Below are positions 60,571 through 64,000 of a stretch of 64,000 nucleotides of DNA, piece by piece. The first letter of the stretch is position 1. Each line of letters starts with the position of its first letter. Position numbers and translations under genes: made by a program. Below the pieces are notes generated by a model, which searched no databases, was not told the origin of the DNA, and saw nothing but the letters and a program-made list of their open reading frames with translations. This DNA comes from Setoptus koraiensis (taxonomy: Eukaryota > Animalia > Arthropoda): positions 9,424,001 through 9,488,000 of the forward strand of contig CM106585.1 in assembly GCA_048013815.1 (NCBI GenBank), read 5' to 3'.

Positions 60571-62219
60571 TCATAATGCACGAGTAAAGTTGGCGGGGAA
60601 TAGGCCCTTTTGTCTACCAATCTCTTTGATACCCATCAACCAACCTTCTTCTTGTTCTTGGGGATCATCATATTCGACAACATATATGATTTCGCCGGCA
60701 TCAAAACTGAGTTCATCTTCATCCTCGGCTATGTATTTATAACTTGCTTTGACCTTGTAAAGGGTACCAGATGGTAAATTATTTGTTGAGGCTTCCAGAG
60801 ATACATGATCAGAGGTTGGACTTGTTAGTTCCGATGAGTTGGTTGGTTGCTGCTGCCTGTCTTGAGTATTACTGTCAACTATTGTACCTTTTCCATTTGA
60901 ATCCTGATTTTTGACACCGGAGTTACTAGTGACAATGTCCTTAGTTGAGCTTATAGTCGGCGTAAGACTTTGAGAGGCTTTAATCGGAGAAATTGTCGGT
61001 TCTTTGTTATCCAAATGAGAGGACTTCTCATCAGAAGAGGCAGCATTACCATTAGAGTTAGAAGCGTTTGCATAGGCGGATTGTATATGATGTACAGGGG
61101 ACTTTGATTGTGAATGGCTCACCTCAATATTAACGGATGGATGTTTACGATTATCATTATTTGTCGGTATAGAAACATTACTATGTAGTTTATGGTCACT
61201 TTGATCATATTGGATCTCATTGATAGATCTAGTTGTGCTCTGCGTAGGTGATTCTAGGGTCGAATTATGGCATCTTACGTCACTTATATCATAAGACCCT
61301 CTTTGTGCTCGGATGGCAAGTTGTTCTATGATATCTGTGAATGATTTGTGTATGGCTAGACTACTAGAGTGGTAGGCAATATTGGCGGAGAATAATCTCT
61401 GTAAAACCGAAGTGATGAAAGGTATTCGACTATCATATAAAGCTGGCAATTCATCGTGTAATTCAGTGTTGATTATATCGTAAACTCTTTTGGATTCATC
61501 CAGTTGTTCTTTAGATTTGATTAATTTGTTGTCTTCACTGGTCCTGGGATTGGTAGTGCTCACCTGCAATGCTTCAAAATTATGCCTGTTACTATCGTAA
61601 TCTACTAGCTTCCTACCTCGTTTTGAAATCTTATCGCGAATCTCTGCGAATTGACTAAGATACTGCTCGATGGGTATCATGACGCTCTCTTTGAGCTTTT
61701 CCTCTAAATCATCAAAAGAATGATCCATTTCAATAATATCACTCTCGAATACATCATGCTTAGGCCATGTTTTTTCATGAAGTTCCAACAAACATTGATT
61801 TAGACTTGTCGAGGCATCGTGCAGAGCTGAATTGTAGAGTTGATAGAAGGAAAAAAAAGGAAAATTAGCAAAGTGAGGAGTTAATTTGTTCAACTGTAAG
61901 GATAGACTTGTCATAGTTTCTCACCTTTTAAGCAACTGGTGTAATTTTTGAGTTCTTTCTGAAGTTTCAACGAAGAATTTTGCTGTTTGTTAAAGTTAAG
62001 ATGGTAGACATCAAATAGTTCATCAGTGGTTTTCTCGGCCCTACCAAAATTTTGCAATAACTGGAAAAATTACAAAGTTTACAGGAATTATTAGTTAAAC
62101 GAAGAACAGACAAAACTTCAAGTACATCAAAAGTTATAGGATAAACTTACTCTTGCTCTAGCTCTCCTAGTTTTTTTGCTTACTAAAGAGGTGAAATTCA
62201 TCGACTTCAGGTCCGCCAT
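60571..62219 (-). CDS. Amph: Amphiphysin/BIN1 (N-BAR + SH3), 486 aa
   Basis: Exons 62219-62151, 62060-61925 and 61826-60571. KRGRKLVDYD, ELHDELPALYDSRIPF; SH3 YKYIAEDEDELSF..GWL.G..GLFPANF. Confidence 0.95.
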
Positions 62220-62960
62220 ATTATTGGTTATCCGATATAAAGTAAATAATTATTGTAACCGATTTATAAATTAAATTACATCGCTCCTAGTATCAATGGC
62301 AACCACTGTCGAAGATATTCGACAATACCTCGTTAAACAGAATTATCTAATTTTTATCTGTGGAGAGGTTGATAGTTTTTCCCTACATGTGATAAGTAAA
62401 TAACATCTACTCGACGGTATCCCTGGCGAAATGGACGCTTCTAAATGTTTGAGCTGGAGCTTTATGATTGGACAAAAACGATCCAAACTATAGAATCAGC
62501 AGTGTATGATGAATTACTCTTCGAAAAGATTGCAGATTGATTGTTAACGAACTGATAGTTTCAGAAATAGATCCTGATGACATGACAGGAATATTGGCTC
62601 CGTTTGTCCTTTAAGAATTTTCTCACCTAGAGTCTGGCTTGATTAGTCAGTATAATCGAAGGATGTCGTTGGTTGTTATAGATTAATCAAGGATGTAGAG
62701 TTTAATATATAAATAGTATGCCACATTACATCTACCAGATAACACTACCAATAACAAGCTTTTCAATCAGGTCAACATGAGTAATAAAAATCAATCAGAA
62801 TGTAAAAAGGTTGCGCATGCTCTCATCATCCAATTTACGTGGGTGTTTTGAATTTCTTTCATTATCTTTATCAACATTTACAGTACAATTAATTTAATTG
62901 TCTCATGATTTTCAATTCAAATACAATCTCTCTTCATAGAAAATCAATAATTTATATAAG

Positions 62961-64000
62961 TCATACCATGTGAATGTGGGTTTTAGGTCTTGATGGTTTC
63001 ATCACAAATGCTAAGGCTGTACCTATCAGGCAACCACTCATAACGTCAAGAGGATGATGGTGATAGTCGGATATCCTAGTAAAGGCAATGTAGGCTCCAA
63101 GTGAAAAGCATCCGAGTTGTACCAGAGTTATCACCAATCTATCAAAGTATTCTTTCAAACGATTCCTCTCTGAGGCCTTGAGAATGAACGGTGTTATATC
63201 ATTGAGATAAATTATCAGGTACACCATGGAGTAAAACATTGTCGATGAGTGACCTGGTATTGATATAAAATTGAAAAAAAAAATGTCAGTAATACTTTAA
63301 GAAATCAAGGTTTGTTCTAGCGAGTATACTCTAGATTTTCTATACCTGAAGGCCACGATGTTATTATATAACTAAGATCTCTTGGTTTCAAATCCGGATT
63401 AGTACAGTTGAAATCTGTGACATAAGTATGACGGAGTGAAGTGTCTGAGCAATCTATGTTTGGTTGACACCTATGCTTGAAATGGGGTCTCAATCTACCA
63501 CAGGCAATCTTTCCTAAACCAGTTACAAACATCGTACTGAATAAGCCAAACAAGAAAACTTGTATCTCACTATTACTACCTCTTTTGAAATCCTGACATT
63601 TCACAGAATTAGACGCTGAGATCCTTGGTCTGTTCTGATGCTCATTGAGGTCAGCACAATCGTTATTAGTATTCTCACAATTGATTACACGAACATCTTC
63701 TGTGTGATCATGTTTGCTCGCATTTTGATCTTCCTGATTAATTGAATCAGTTCTATTGATATTAATTCTTTGCGTCAGATAATTTGCTTCATCACCTGTT
63801 TCATTAAGCAACGGGTGGTTTCCATTTGAGTCTGAACTCGAAAGTAGCGGGTGCTCGCTTGGGTGTTCATCGTTGATACATCGTCTGTTGTTTGTGGACG
63901 TTTTGAGTTGATAGTGTTTGAGATAAGGCTCAACCAATCGTTTATCACAATAATATATTAACAAGCTCGGCATAACAAGACAACAAAATAAAAGTAAACC
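62961..64000 (-). CDS. Phospholipid phosphatase (PAP2/LPP, wunen-like); 5' end beyond the window
   Basis: Exons >64000-63346 and 63253-62961. Catalytic motifs C1 KIACGRLRP, C2 PSGH (split by the intron) and C3 TRISDYHHHPLDV. The frame is open to the window edge. Confidence 0.92.

Overview
Gene-dense eukaryotic (arthropod) genomic window, most plausibly from an acariform mite with a compact, intron-poor genome. That assignment is inferred from the gene families and intron sparsity; it is not proven. About 20 protein-coding genes could be modelled by hand using GT-AG junctions and reading-frame phase. In order: a very large catalytically dead mind-meld/ADAM22-23-like ADAM (13 exons traced, 5' end unresolved); a secreted Gly/Arg/His-rich protein; a tetraspanin; RABGGTB; AAR2; a highly basic orphan protein; the SAM carrier SLC25A26; a Frizzled-CRD/LDLa single-pass receptor; a two-repeat beta-thymosin; an alpha-1,3-fucosyltransferase; a CRAL-TRIO protein; SMG9; a multi-exon His/Gly-rich secreted protein; a radish-like RapGAP-BTB-BACK gene cut by a 500-N gap; COX20; a ZNF280/POGZ-type zinc-finger protein carrying a dead IS1595/Merlin-like transposase domain; lachesin; amphiphysin; and a wunen-like lipid phosphate phosphatase running off the window end. 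Non-coding features are a MITE with target-site duplication, a dispersed ~400-bp duplication, microsatellites and a candidate ~530-nt structured RNA. The strongest leads are (1) a receptor joining a Wnt-binding-type CRD to an LRP5/6-like PPP(S/T)P tail, (2) the transposase-zinc-finger fusion and (3) the unassigned structured RNA upstream of SMG9. All homology calls are from motif recognition, not database searches.
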